Of a stretch of 64,000 bases of DNA, positions 18,477 to 28,476 are shown piece after piece (positions within the stretch are counted from its first letter, which is position 1; every line of letters starts with the position of its first letter). Made by a program: the position numbers and the translations under genes. Origin of the DNA: an uncultured Holophagales bacterium (GTDB lineage: Bacteria > Acidobacteriota > Thermoanaerobaculia > Multivoradales > UBA5704); assembly GCA_963842525.1 (NCBI GenBank), contig CAWJGT010000012.1, positions 68,809-132,808 on the forward strand, given 5' to 3'. The notes below the pieces were generated by a model. That model made no database searches. It was not told the origin of the DNA and was given only the letters and a program-made list of their open reading frames with translations.

Positions 18477-20551
18477 CAGGACCTCCATCCGAAGCGGCGC
18501 TCGAGCTCCGCCGTCAGGGTGCTCTGGCGCTCGTTGACCTCGTCCTGGGTCAGGGAGCGCTCCGGCGAGTTGTAGAGGAATGAGATCGTCGTGTTCACCG
18601 CCCCCTCGGGCACGCCCTGGCCCTGGTAGCGGACCTTGAGCCCGTACCAGACGAGGTCGGCCGGCCGCAGCCCGGCGATCACCCGGTCGATGTCCACCCA
18701 GGGGGTGGCGAGCGCGTGCGTCAGGGTGAAGTCGGCGTCGATGGCCGGGTGGCGCGAGGGGATCTCCACGGCCAGGCTCTGCTCGCCGCCCGTCAGGCCA
18801 TCCAGGGCGACCTCGGCGACATAGAGAGGGTAGCCCTCGTCCTCCTCGACCCGACCCAGATAGCCGATCACCTGGCTGTCCGCCGAGGTCCGGTCCGGCC
18901 GGAACAGCTCGGCCGTGTTGCCGGCGAGCAGCCCTTTGAGCTCGGCAGGCCGTGCCTCCAGAGGCACCCCGAGCGCCTCGGCCAGGCCCTCGACGGCGCC
19001 CTTCAGGTCGAAGAAGTCGAGCTCCACCTCCCGCTGCCAGGGGTTGCCCACCGTGCCGCCGCAGACCAGGCCCAGGACCTCGGGCTCGTCCGCCGGGTCG
19101 GGGGTTCCCTTGTAGAAGACGCTGCCGATCTCGAACAGCCGCACCGCGGGGAGACCCCGCCGCTGGTTGAACCGGGCGGTCTCCACGAGGTTGGGCAGGA
19201 GCGACCGGCGCAGCACCGCGTAGGCCTCGGAGAGCGGGTTGGCGAGCGCCACCGGCTCGGCAGGGGGGAGCAGGCTGTGGAAGCGCGCGTCCTGCGCCCG
19301 GCTCTGGAAGACGAAGTGGACCGCCTCGGCGTAGCCGGCCGCCGCCAGGTACCCGCGGACGCGGTCGCGCAGGCGCTGCCGCGGCGTCCGCGGGCCGTCC
19401 GAGCCCATCAGGCTCGGCAGGGTCGACGGGATGCCGTCCAGCCCGTGGATGCGCAGGACCTCCTCGAAGAGGTCGGCCTCGTAGGCGCTGCCGTCCGGCC
19501 GCGGCTGGAAGTCGAAGAGGCGCCAGGAAGGGACCGTCACGTTCCATAGACCGTCGCCGGTGCTCTCCAGCCTGAAGCCGAGCCCGGTCAGCCAGCGCTC
19601 GGCGTCGGCCGCGCGGATCTCGATCCCGGCGAAGGCGTTCAGCCGGGCAAGGTCCAGGCGACCCCCGAGAGGCTTGGGGAAACCTTCCCGCCGCTCGTCG
19701 ATCGCTCCGGCGAGGACCGTCCCACCTGCGGCCTGCGCGATCAGCAGGGCCGCCCGGCTGGCCGCCTCCAGGCAGGCTTCGGGGTCGGCCCCCCGTTCGA
19801 AGCGGTGGCTTGCGTCGGTGTGCATGCCGAGCCCGCGCGCCGTGAGGCGTACCTGCTTGCGGTCGAAGTGCGCGCTCTCGAGCAGGATGTCGGTCGTCGC
19901 GTCCGTGACCTCGCTGTCGGCGCCGCCCATGACGCCGGCGAGGCCCACCGGCCGCTCGGCGTCGGCGATGACCAGCATGCCGGGAGCGAGCTTGCGCTCG
20001 ACGCCGTCGAGGGTGGTCAGAGCCTCGCCCTCGCGCGCAGGCCGCACCACGATCTTCGCGCCGGCCAGCTTCGCGAGGTCGAAGGCGTGGAGCGGCTGGC
20101 CCATCTCCCAGAGGACGAAGTTGGTGACGTCCACCACGTTGTTGATCGACCGCAGGCCGATGGATTCGAGGCGCTTGCGCAGCCAGTCCGGGCTCGGGCC
20201 GATCCTGACGCCGCGGACGACCCGGGCCACGTACCGCGGGCAGCCCTCGTCGTCCTCGACCTCGACGCTTGCGGCGTCCTGGCTGCGCTCCGTGCGCTTC
20301 GGGCGGGGCGCCGTCGGGCCGAGGGGCCGGCGCAGCGGCCGGTCGTAGAGGACCGCCGCCTCCCGCGCCAGGCCGAGATGGTTCATGGCATCGGGCCGGT
20401 TGGTGGTGACCTCGACGTCGAAGACGGCGTCGCCGTCCCGCTCCTCGATGCTGTCGGTGTTGAGCCCGGCGGCGGTCAGCCGCCGGGCCAGCTCCTTGGG
20501 ATCGGCCGGGAGGTCGACGTACTCGGCGAGCCAGCTCCGGGAGAACAGCAT
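18476..20551 (-). CDS. pheT: Phenylalanine--tRNA ligase beta subunit (short form without B2 OB domain)
   Basis: NRPDAMNHLGLARE, INNVVDVTNFV, GQPLHAFD, RFERG, C-terminal FDX-ACB domain. Confidence 0.96.
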   Translation of the reverse strand: MLFSRSWLAEYVDLPADPKELARRLTAAGLNTDSIEERDGDAVFDVEVTTNRPDAMNHLGLAREAAVLYDRPLRRPLGPTAPRPKRTERSQDAASVEVEDDEGCPRYVARVVRGVRIGPSPDWLRKRLESIGLRSINNVVDVTNFVLWEMGQPLHAFDLAKLAGAKIVVRPAREGEALTTLDGVERKLAPGMLVIADAERPVGLAGVMGGADSEVTDATTDILLESAHFDRKQVRLTARGLGMHTDASHRFERGADPEACLEAASRAALLIAQAAGGTVLAGAIDERREGFPKPLGGRLDLARLNAFAGIEIRAADAERWLTGLGFRLESTGDGLWNVTVPSWRLFDFQPRPDGSAYEADLFEEVLRIHGLDGIPSTLPSLMGSDGPRTPRQRLRDRVRGYLAAAGYAEAVHFVFQSRAQDARFHSLLPPAEPVALANPLSEAYAVLRRSLLPNLVETARFNQRRGLPAVRLFEIGSVFYKGTPDPADEPEVLGLVCGGTVGNPWQREVELDFFDLKGAVEGLAEALGVPLEARPAELKGLLAGNTAELFRPDRTSADSQVIGYLGRVEEDEGYPLYVAEVALDGLTGGEQSLAVEIPSRHPAIDADFTLTHALATPWVDIDRVIAGLRPADLVWYGLKVRYQGQGVPEGAVNTTISFLYNSPERSLTQDEVNERQSTLTAELERRFGWRS

Positions 20552-21594
20552 CAGGCGCGCACCTGCCGCAGCACCCGCTCGTCGTTCTCGAACAGCAGGC
20601 GGATGTTGGGGATGCCGCCGTAGCGGTTCATCGCCACCCGGTCGACGCCCATGCCGAAGGCGAAGCCGGAATAGACGTCCGGGTCGATGCCGCACCCGGC
20701 GAGCACCCGCGGGTCGACCATGCCGCAGCCGAGGATCTCCATCCAGCCAGTGTTCGAGCAGACGGCGCACCCGGCGCCTTTGCAGGTCTGGCAGGTGACG
20801 TCCACCTCGGCGGACGGCTCGGTGAAGGGGAAGAAGCTCGGCCGCAGCCGGATCTTCGTGTCGGGCGTGAAGAGGCGGGTGAGGAAGGCCTCCAGCGTCC
20901 CCTTCAAGTCCCCCACCGTGATCCCCTCGGCCACGGCCAGGGCCTCGACCTGGTGGAACATGGGCGAGTGCCGCAGGTCGTTGTCGTTGCGGAACACGCG
21001 GCCCGGGCAGATGACGCGGATCGGCGGCTTGCGGGCCAGCATGGTCCGGATCTGCACCGGCGAGGTATGGGTGCGCAGCAGATAGCCGTTCTCCAGGAAC
21101 AGCGTGTCCTGCGTGTCGCGCGCCGGGTGGTCCGGCGGGAAATTCAAGGCCTCGAAGTTGTGGTAGTCGTCCTCGACCTCGGGCCCTTCGGCGACGCTGA
21201 AGCCGAGCTCGGCGAAGATGTCCTCCATCTCGCGGACGACCCGGGTGATCGGATGAAGGGTGCCGAGGGCGGGCCGGCGGCCGGGCAGGGTGACGTCCAC
21301 CGCGGCGCTCCGGCGGGCCGCCTCGCGCTCGCGGGAGACGATCACCTCGTCGAGCTCGGCGAGGCGGGCCTCGACCCGCTCCTTGAGCGTATTGACCGCC
21401 TGGCCGTAGGCGCGCCGGTCCGCGGCCGGCACCTCGCCGGTGCGAGCGAGGAGGGAGCGGACGATCCCCTGCTTGCGCCCGATCCAACGCAGGCGCAGCT
21501 CTTCCCAGGCCTCACGGCCGGGGACGCCCGCAGCCTCCCGCTCGAACTGTTCGGCGAGCGCAGTGGTTTCCGGGGTGTCCGCCCCGTCCGCCAT
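20551..21594 (-). CDS. pheS: Phenylalanine--tRNA ligase alpha subunit
   Basis: HPARDTQDT, LLRTHTSPVQIR, FPFTEPSAEVD, GFAFGMG. Confidence 0.98.
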   Translation of the reverse strand: MADGADTPETTALAEQFEREAAGVPGREAWEELRLRWIGRKQGIVRSLLARTGEVPAADRRAYGQAVNTLKERVEARLAELDEVIVSREREAARRSAAVDVTLPGRRPALGTLHPITRVVREMEDIFAELGFSVAEGPEVEDDYHNFEALNFPPDHPARDTQDTLFLENGYLLRTHTSPVQIRTMLARKPPIRVICPGRVFRNDNDLRHSPMFHQVEALAVAEGITVGDLKGTLEAFLTRLFTPDTKIRLRPSFFPFTEPSAEVDVTCQTCKGAGCAVCSNTGWMEILGCGMVDPRVLAGCGIDPDVYSGFAFGMGVDRVAMNRYGGIPNIRLLFENDERVLRQVRA

Positions 21595-21596
21595 CC

Positions 21597-22001
21597 TCAG
21601 GCCTCCGCGGGGGCCGGAGCCGTCTGCTGCTCGTTCTGTCCGGCGGCCTCGAGCGCGTTCTTGGCCGTCTCGGCGATGCGGGCGAAGCCTTCGGCGTCGC
21701 GCACCGCGATGTCGGCGAGGACCTTGCGGTCGAGGTCGGAGCCGGCGGCCTTGAGGCCGGCGATCAGCTTGCTGTAGTTGAGCCCGTGCAGGTGCGCCGC
21801 CGCGTTGATCCGCACGATCCAGAGGCTGCGGAGCTGGCGCTTCTTCTGGCGCCGGTCGCGGTAGGCGTAGTTGAGGGACTTGTCGACCGCCTGCTTGGCG
21901 ATGCGGTGGGCTTTCGACTTCAGGCCAAAGTAGCCCTTGGCAAGGCCCAGGATCTTCTTGCGGCGCTGGACGCGCTTGTTTCCACGCTTGACACGTGCCA
22001 T
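21597..22001 (-). CDS. rplT: 50S ribosomal protein L20
   Basis: MARVKRG...[24 protein letters not shown]. Confidence 0.98.
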   Translation of the reverse strand: MARVKRGNKRVQRRKKILGLAKGYFGLKSKAHRIAKQAVDKSLNYAYRDRRQKKRQLRSLWIVRINAAAHLHGLNYSKLIAGLKAAGSDLDRKVLADIAVRDAEGFARIAETAKNALEAAGQNEQQTAPAPAEA

Positions 22002-22159
22002 GTCTTGACCTCGTTCCTGCTCCCGCGCGCCGGTGATCCCCGGGGGGAGCGGTCAGGCCCGCAATGGCTCCAGGGGAGCGCCGGATGAAACCGGCCGGGC
22101 TCCGGCCCCCGGTGGACAGGTCCTTTTCCCACCGGCAGCCGATCGTTTGTCCGTCTGTC

Positions 22160-22357
22160 CTACTGCGAATGCAGCATCGCTCGGATGGTGCGCGAGAACG
22201 CGGGCGAGACCGCAGTGGATTTGCGCAGGTTGCGCTTCCGCTTGGTGGTCTTCTTCGTGAGGATGTGGCTGTGCATCGACTGGTGACGCGTCACCTTGCC
22301 AGTCCCCGTGACCTTGAACCGCTTCGCGGCACCCTTGTGTGTCTTCTGCTTCGGCAA
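22160..22357 (-). CDS. rpmI: 50S ribosomal protein L35
   Basis: TTG start after AGGAGAGG; [20 protein letters not shown]. Confidence 0.97.
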   Translation of the reverse strand: MPKQKTHKGAAKRFKVTGTGKVTRHQSMHSHILTKKTTKRKRNLRKSTAVSPAFSRTIRAMLHSQ

Positions 22358-22453
22358 GGGTCCTCTCCTTTTCTGGACAAAAATACGCCCCTGACCCGGT
22401 CCGGACCTCACTCCGAGGTCGGGTCAGCGGCTGTTCCTGAAGCTCCACGAGGC

Positions 22454-22987
22454 TCAGGAAGCCGTCTTCTTGATCCCGTGGCGCGGCGGACCGTAGATGA
22501 CGTGCATCCGGTTGCCCGCCATTTCGGGGCGCGATTCTAGCACCGCTCGCTCCCCCAAGTCTTCCGTCAGCCGCGCGATCAGCTTGTGGCCCAGGTCCTG
22601 CCGCGCCATCTCGCGGCCACGGAACTGGACGGTGGCCTTGACCTTGTCGCCCTCTTCCAGGAAGCGGATCGCGTTCTTGAGCTTGAAGTCGTAGTCGTGG
22701 TCGTCGATGTTCGGCCGGAACTTGACTTCCTTGACCTGGATGATCTTCTGCTTCTTCTTGGACTCGTGGGACTTCTTCTTCTGCTGGTAGAGGAACTTGC
22801 CGAAGTCCATGATGCGGCAGACCGGCGGCTTGGCCGTCGGCGCCACCTCCACCAGGTCGAGCCCCTGTGCCTGCGCCATGCGCAGTGCCTCCTCGATGGG
22901 GACGATCCCCGCTTGGCCGCCTTCGGCGTCGACGAGGCGCACTTCGCGAACCCGGATGCGTTCGTTGATTCGGGCCGTTCTGTCGAT
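22454..22987 (-). CDS. infC: Translation initiation factor IF-3 (probable ATC start)
   Basis: RINERIRVREVRLV, DLVEVAPTAKPPVCRIMDFGKF, KEVKFRPNIDDHD. SD-like GGGGGTGA lies 7 nt before the ATC. Confidence 0.96.
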   Translation of the reverse strand: MDRTARINERIRVREVRLVDAEGGQAGIVPIEEALRMAQAQGLDLVEVAPTAKPPVCRIMDFGKFLYQQKKKSHESKKKQKIIQVKEVKFRPNIDDHDYDFKLKNAIRFLEEGDKVKATVQFRGREMARQDLGHKLIARLTEDLGERAVLESRPEMAGNRMHVIYGPPRHGIKKTAS

Positions 22988-23061
22988 AGTCAGCTCACCC
23001 CCTGGGAGCGCCGGGCCTCCATGGGCCCGGAATGGTCGTTCACTTTCAAGGTCTCCTCCTC

Positions 23062-25008
23062 TTACAGATCAGTGCTGCGGCCGGCCACGAGCGATCCCAC
23101 CCGCTCGAGGAACGCCGTCGCCGGCATGGCGCCGAGGTCCGCGCCCGAACGCCGCCGCACCGAAACGGTCCCTTCGTCCTGCTCGCGCGCACCCACCACC
23201 AGCATGTACGGCACCTTCTGGAGCTGGGCCTCGCGGATCTTGTAACCGAGCTTCTCGTTGCGCGCGTCGAGCTCGGCGCGCACCCCCGCCGCGGCCAGCT
23301 CCGCCCGCACCCGCTCGCCGTAGTCGGCAAACTTCTCCGAGACCGGCAGCACCACCGCCTGGACCGGCGCCAGCCAGAGCGGGAAGGCCCCGGAGGTCTG
23401 TTCGATCAGGATCGCCAGGAAGCGCTCGACCGAGCCCAGCATGGCGCGATGGATCATCACCGGCCGGTGCTCGCCGCCGTCCGCCGCCACATAGGCGAGG
23501 CCGAAGCGGTCCGGCATCTGGTAGTCGAGCTGGATGGTGCCGAGCTGCCAGCTCCTCCCGAGCGCGTCGTGGACGTGGAAGTCGATCTTCGGCCCATAGA
23601 AGGCGCCGTCGCCGGGGTTGACCGTATACGGGGTGCCCCGCTTCTCCAGTGCCGCGGCCAGAGCCGCCTCGGCGCGGTCCCACACCTCGTCGGCGCCGAT
23701 CCGCTTCTCCGGCCGGGTCGACAGCTCGAGCTGGACGTCGGCGAAGCCGAGCGTCCGGTAGACCTCCAGGATCATGTCGGTCAGCCTCAGGACCTCGCCC
23801 TCGATCTGCTCGTCGGTGCAGAAGGCGTGAGCATCGTCTTGGGCGAACGAGCGCACCCGGAACAGGCCGTTGGTGACGCCGCTGCGCTCATAGCGGTGGA
23901 GGCGCCCGAAATCGGCGTAGCGGATGGGCAGGTCGCGGTACGAGCGCAGCCGCGTGCCATAGATCAGGCAATGGGTCGGGCAGTTCATCGGCTTGACCGC
24001 CATGTGCTGCTCGTCGATCTCGACGAAGAACATCCCCTCCCGGTAGTTGTCGTAGTGACCCGAGGTGTGCCACAGGTCGACATCGAGCACCTGCGGGGTG
24101 ATCACCTCGCCAAAGCCGTAGCGGACGTGGAGCTCCCGGACGTAGTCGACCAGCGCGTTGTAGACGAACGCCCCCTTGGGATGGAAGAACGGCATGGCCG
24201 GCGCATAGGCATTGAAGCTGAAGAGGTCGAGCTCCTGGCCCAGGCGCCGGTGGTCGCGCGCCCGGGCCTGCTCGATCCGCTCCAGGTACTCCGCCATCTC
24301 CTTCTCGGAGGCGAAGGCGGTGCCGTAGATGCGCTGCAGCCGCTCGTTGGCCTCGTCGCCCTTCCAGTAGACGCCCGAGGCTTCGAGGAGCTTCAGGGCG
24401 CCGATCTGGCCGGCGGCCTGGGCGTGCGGCCCGCGGCAGAGGTCGACGAACCGGCCGTGCCGGTAGAGGGTGATCGTATCGCCCGCGGGGATGTCCTTGA
24501 GGCGCTCGACCTTGAGGCTCTCGCCCATCTCCCGGAAGATGCGCTCCGCCTCCTCGCGCGAGACCTCGGTCCGCTCGAAGGGGCTCCCCTCGGCCACGAT
24601 CTCGCGCATTTTTTCCTCAATGGCCGCCAGGTCCTCGGGGGTGAACGCCCGCGGGAAGCGGAAGTCGTACTGGAACTTCTCGCTGTGGTCCTGGCGCCCG
24701 ACGTCGATCTCGGCCTCGGGCCAGAGCCGCTTGACCGCGTCGGCGAGCACGTGCTCCGCGCTGTGGCGGACGAATTCGCCGGCCTCGGGGCTCTTGACCG
24801 TGAAGATGCGGAACGCGCCGCCCGCGGCGAGCGGATGGCGGAGGTCGATCCTGCGGCCGTCGACCTCGGCTCCCACGGCGTCCCTGGCCAGGCGGGGTCC
24901 GATCGAGGCGGCGACCTCGAGGGGTGTCGTCCCGGCCGGCACGTCGCGGACAGAGCCGTCGGGCAGCGTGAGGCGGATCGCCTCGGTGGTGGTCTGCATC
25001 ATCTCCAC
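23062..25008 (-). CDS. thrS: Threonine--tRNA ligase
   Basis: TGS domain, DLCRGPH, RDHRRLG, KPMNCP, GAFYGPKID, HRAMLGSVERF. Confidence 0.98.
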   Translation of the reverse strand: MEMMQTTTEAIRLTLPDGSVRDVPAGTTPLEVAASIGPRLARDAVGAEVDGRRIDLRHPLAAGGAFRIFTVKSPEAGEFVRHSAEHVLADAVKRLWPEAEIDVGRQDHSEKFQYDFRFPRAFTPEDLAAIEEKMREIVAEGSPFERTEVSREEAERIFREMGESLKVERLKDIPAGDTITLYRHGRFVDLCRGPHAQAAGQIGALKLLEASGVYWKGDEANERLQRIYGTAFASEKEMAEYLERIEQARARDHRRLGQELDLFSFNAYAPAMPFFHPKGAFVYNALVDYVRELHVRYGFGEVITPQVLDVDLWHTSGHYDNYREGMFFVEIDEQHMAVKPMNCPTHCLIYGTRLRSYRDLPIRYADFGRLHRYERSGVTNGLFRVRSFAQDDAHAFCTDEQIEGEVLRLTDMILEVYRTLGFADVQLELSTRPEKRIGADEVWDRAEAALAAALEKRGTPYTVNPGDGAFYGPKIDFHVHDALGRSWQLGTIQLDYQMPDRFGLAYVAADGGEHRPVMIHRAMLGSVERFLAILIEQTSGAFPLWLAPVQAVVLPVSEKFADYGERVRAELAAAGVRAELDARNEKLGYKIREAQLQKVPYMLVVGAREQDEGTVSVRRRSGADLGAMPATAFLERVGSLVAGRSTDL

Positions 25009-25076
25009 AAAGCTGAAAGGAATTCTGCCGCTACCGGGCGGCAGCCCGCCGGGAAGGTTCTCACGGAAGGAAGGGA

Positions 25077-25153
25077 TGGTAGGCGCTAGCGGACTCGAAC
25101 CGCTGACCTCTACCGTGTGAAGGTAGCGCTCTAACCAGCTGAGCTAAGCGCCT
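25077..25153 (-). tRNA. tRNA-Val (CAC)
   Basis: Cloverleaf AGGCGCTTAGCTCAG...CTACC-TT-CAC-AC-GGTAG...GGTTCGAGTCC...ACCA. Confidence 0.97.
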
Positions 25154-25256
25154 GGGGTTCAAAGCCGCACACCACGGACGGGCAGCTCGGGAACCAGATC
25201 CTCCGGCCTCGCGAGCGTCCGTCGTTCCTCGATGCGTGCGGCTCTCTCCATATCCT

Positions 25257-25333
25257 TGGTAGGCCCGAGCGGATTCGAACCGCTGACCTCTACGATGTCA
25301 ACGTAGCGCTCTAACCAACTGAGCTACGGGCCT
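25257..25333 (-). tRNA. tRNA-Val (GAC)
   Basis: Cloverleaf with CTACG-TT-GAC-AT-CGTAG anticodon arm, TTCGAA T-loop and CCA end. Confidence 0.97.
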
Positions 25334-25379
25334 GTTTTTGCCAAAACATGACCCCCCGGCAGACCGCCGGGGAGGACAG

Positions 25380-25408
25380 AGGCTAGCAAACGCGGCCGGG
25401 GGTGTCAA
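25380..25408 (-). promoter_or_regulatory. Sigma70-type promoter for the tRNA-Val/thrS region
   Basis: TTGACA-N17-TAGCCT on the minus strand upstream of the tRNAs. Confidence 0.7.
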
Positions 25409-25477
25409 CCGAGACGGAGCCTCCTGACATTCCCTGTCCTCCCCGGGCAAAGAGGCTACGCCGCTTCGGCGATCCGA

Positions 25478-27744
25478 TTAGGGGGGCAGGCCGGGATGGA
25501 GAGAGAGGGTCCCTCCGGCGGCAAGCATACCGGTGTCGCAAACGCCTCCCGCATCCTGCCCGGCAGACTCGTGCCCGCGTTGGACCAGACAGGTGCGGTA
25601 CCCGCCTGGTGCGACATTGGGGACACGGAGTTTCGTCCCCTCGCTGACCGTGCCCTGGTCATAGGCCCATTGCCGGAGCAGGCCCACAGGGATCGGAAGC
25701 CCGTTCTGGAAAATGGCAACACTGAGATCCTCGCGGAGAAGATCCCCGCCGCTCCCGGGCAGAACGATCTCGAGGGTGCCCGCTTCCTCCGAAACGCCCA
25801 GGCTCAAAGGTCCACCGGCCACCGGACCGAAGGCCCGGAGGGCAAATCCCGGCGCGCTCACAATGGCCGCCAACGGGCCGGCGGATTCCGGGACAGTGAT
25901 GTCGAAAGCACCTTCCATGTCAGTTGTGCCGGCCCTCCCTCCTGCACCGGGTGGTAACGCCATCACCGTGACATTCGATCCCGCCACCGGCCCCCGAGAG
26001 GAAAGGACATGGCCGGTGAGCCGCTTCACGGGGCGCAACACCAGATCGATCGGGCCTGCCGCACGGCCCGCCGCCAGGGAAGTATGCACGAGATCGCTGT
26101 TGCGGGATGCCGACTCCGCTCCCAAGGTCACAGGACCCTCGGCAAGGCCGCGCACCTCGAAGGCCCCTGAGGAGTCTGTCGATACCTGCTGGTCCAGGCT
26201 CTTTCCCTGGATCACCACGTGCGCCTCAGGCACGGGCCTGCCTTGCTCATCGGAGACGCGGCCGAAGATGCGGGTGTCCGGCAGGTCGATCTTCAGGCTC
26301 GCGACGCCGGACGCGCCTGCCTGCACCTCGACGCGCGTGCGGGTCTGCAGCCTTGGATGCGTTGCCTCGATGTCAATGTTCCAGAAACCCTCTCGGGGGA
26401 GAGGGCCGAAAAACCGGCCTTCCTCGTCGGCTTCCATCCGGACGGATGTCGTACCGCGGCGTCCGCCGAACCAGAGGACACCTGCGAAAGGCTCTCCTCC
26501 CAGGCGGAGCTCACCCTTGAGGTCGATGAATTTGATCTCGATAGGGAACGCTGCCTGACCGGGGGCGTCCACCTGAATGTCATCACCGGAATACAGCCGG
26601 TTGCCCAACGAATCAGCAACTTCGACCCGGTATCGTCCCGGCGACTGGCCGGGGACGGAGAAGCGTCCCTCTCCGTCGGCTGCTCCGTTGAACACCACGG
26701 GCGCAATACGGACGGCCGCGTCACGCACGCGAAACACCTTGGCGCGCCACGGTTTTCCGAGCCAATCGAGAGGCGGGTTGATCGTAAAGGCAAGATCCAG
26801 GGGATGCGTCAAGACCAGAGGATCACGGAGGAATGTCTCCGCTTCTCGATTCACCTGAACGGGTGAGAGCTTGACCGGGTTGTACCCGGGCTGCCGCACC
26901 TCCAGGGCATAGACGCCCGCTGCAAGTCCGGTGAGTTGAAAGAAGCCATCGCCGCGGACCGTCTTCTCTACGCTGGTCCGCTCGAGCTCCGCAGACCTGG
27001 AGATGCCTGTTCCGCCTGCAAGCAAAAGGGCCAACCGGACGACGCACTGCTGGGGATCGATGGCTCCCTCCTCGACTGCCACCCACCCTGCAACAGACGC
27101 GCCGCGCTCCAGCTCGATGGTTCCGAAAGAGAGCTTCCTGCCGGCCGGGACCTCTACGCCCCACCGGTATTGCGGCGTGAGGCCCTCTGCCGTGAGGACC
27201 AGGTCGAAGGTGGCCGCGGGCAGCGAGCAGCTCCAAGCCCCCTTCAGGCCCACCGGGCAATTGAGAGCCCCGGGGGGTACGTCAGGGCGCTTGCGAAAGG
27301 CAGGAGAGGCGAGGGTTTGACGAGAAGCTGGCGCGGGAGAGCGACGCCTTTCCCCTTGACCTTGACGACACCCGAAATCGTGCCGAGAGGCCAGAGGTCC
27401 AGCGCCAGCCGGGTCAACTCGTCTGCGGCGCCCACGGCGAGCTCTTTGCGCTGGACCCAGAAACCCGGGAGGTCGGCCGAAACCTCCCACTTGGAGCCGG
27501 CCGGCAGTCGCAGGGAAAGCGGCGCTGAAAATGTGAGAGGCAAGCGCTGGGCATTCTCGCCTTCGGCGGGCCGCAGGATGATTTCTCCCTGAGCAGGAAG
27601 ATCTGCAGGGGCGACCAGATGCGTCGTGATCTCCACGGGCGCAAGCCGGGGACTCTCTTGGGTGCCAGCCGCTCCAAGCAGGAACGGAAACAAGGCGAGA
27701 GCCAGATGCCCCTTGCGGCGCGAAACGAAGGCAATCAACGCCAT
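25478..27744 (-). CDS. Secreted protein with multiple carboxypeptidase-regulatory-like (beta-sandwich) domains, frameshift ~27318
   Basis: Signal-like N-terminus; repeated GRV.DE.GRPV..A.V and G.F...GL..G.Y motifs. Confidence 0.75.
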
Positions 27745-27748
27745 ATAC

Positions 27749-27981
27749 CTAATTCGCAGGGGTACAACTGAAGCACTCCGCCGGGCAGAAGCCCGTGGAC
27801 GAACAAGAGCTTCCACCGCCACCCCCGCCACCACCACCGCCACCCCCGCCTCCTCCGGGGGAGATAACGGTCATGCAGTCATCACCGAGTGCAACGCACC
27901 ACCACGAGGCAAGCCAGGGATCATACTCATCGCGACAATCTAGGACGCCAAGCTCGCCGGGAGCAACAGGGGCTTTTGCAT
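27749..27981 (-). CDS. Small Gly/Cys-rich probably secreted peptide (reading disrupted near the 5' end)
   Basis: AGGGAGG RBS and ATG MQKPLLL... A shifted frame reads WWCVALGDDCMTVISP-G15-SSCSSTGFCPAECFSCTPAN*, stopping 4 nt before the next gene. Confidence 0.55.
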
Positions 27982-28101
27982 ATCTGACGCCTCCCTAAAG
28001 AGAAGCAACTGTAAGAGGTATAGCAAAGACAGAAGATGCAGGTCAAGAATGGCGCCCGGGAAGCCCGGGGAGGCGGCGCAGCGCCTCCCCGGGGTTCCGG
28101 A

Positions 28102-28332
28102 CTACGCCGCTTCCGGCCCGCCGGCGACCCGTTCGAACAGCAGGGTGCCGGAGCGGTCGAGCGCCACCCCACCGGCCGCTTCCAGCAGGAAGGTCAGGGA
28201 GTCAGGGGAGACGAGCAGGCAAAGGGCCACATGAAGAGCTTCCACCAGCCTTTCATCAAAAAGCTCGAGCCAGGCGCTGATTCTGGAGCGAGCTGCGCCT
28301 CGGCCGGGCCGGCCTCCACCTCGGCGCAGCAC
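28102..28332 (-). CDS. Hypothetical protein (start uncertain)
   Basis: Protein-like composition (LELFDERLVEALHVALCLL...LLEAAGGVAL) and co-orientation with the upstream operon. Confidence 0.3.
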   Translation of the reverse strand: MLRRGGGRPGRGAARSRISAWLELFDERLVEALHVALCLLVSPDSLTFLLEAAGGVALDRSGTLLFERVAGGPEAA

Positions 28333-28476
28333 GCTCCTTTTTCAGCAGTGTCAGGCCAGGGGCCGGCGAGCTTCGCCCCGTGACGTTCCCGGGTGAGCCC
28401 TGGGCCGGCGCGGAGATCCTGGAAGCGGGCCGGAGGGAATCCTGGGAGCGCCGGCGCTCCCAGGAAAAGCCGCTTC

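Noticed and set aside
27795-27998. Plus-strand poly-Pro ORF
   Set aside because: It is the antisense image of the Gly15 run; the RBS and operon context support the minus strand.
25077-28000. tRNA-anchored genomic island
   Set aside because: The accessory genes lie 5' of the tRNAs, and there is no integrase or duplicated tRNA 3' end.
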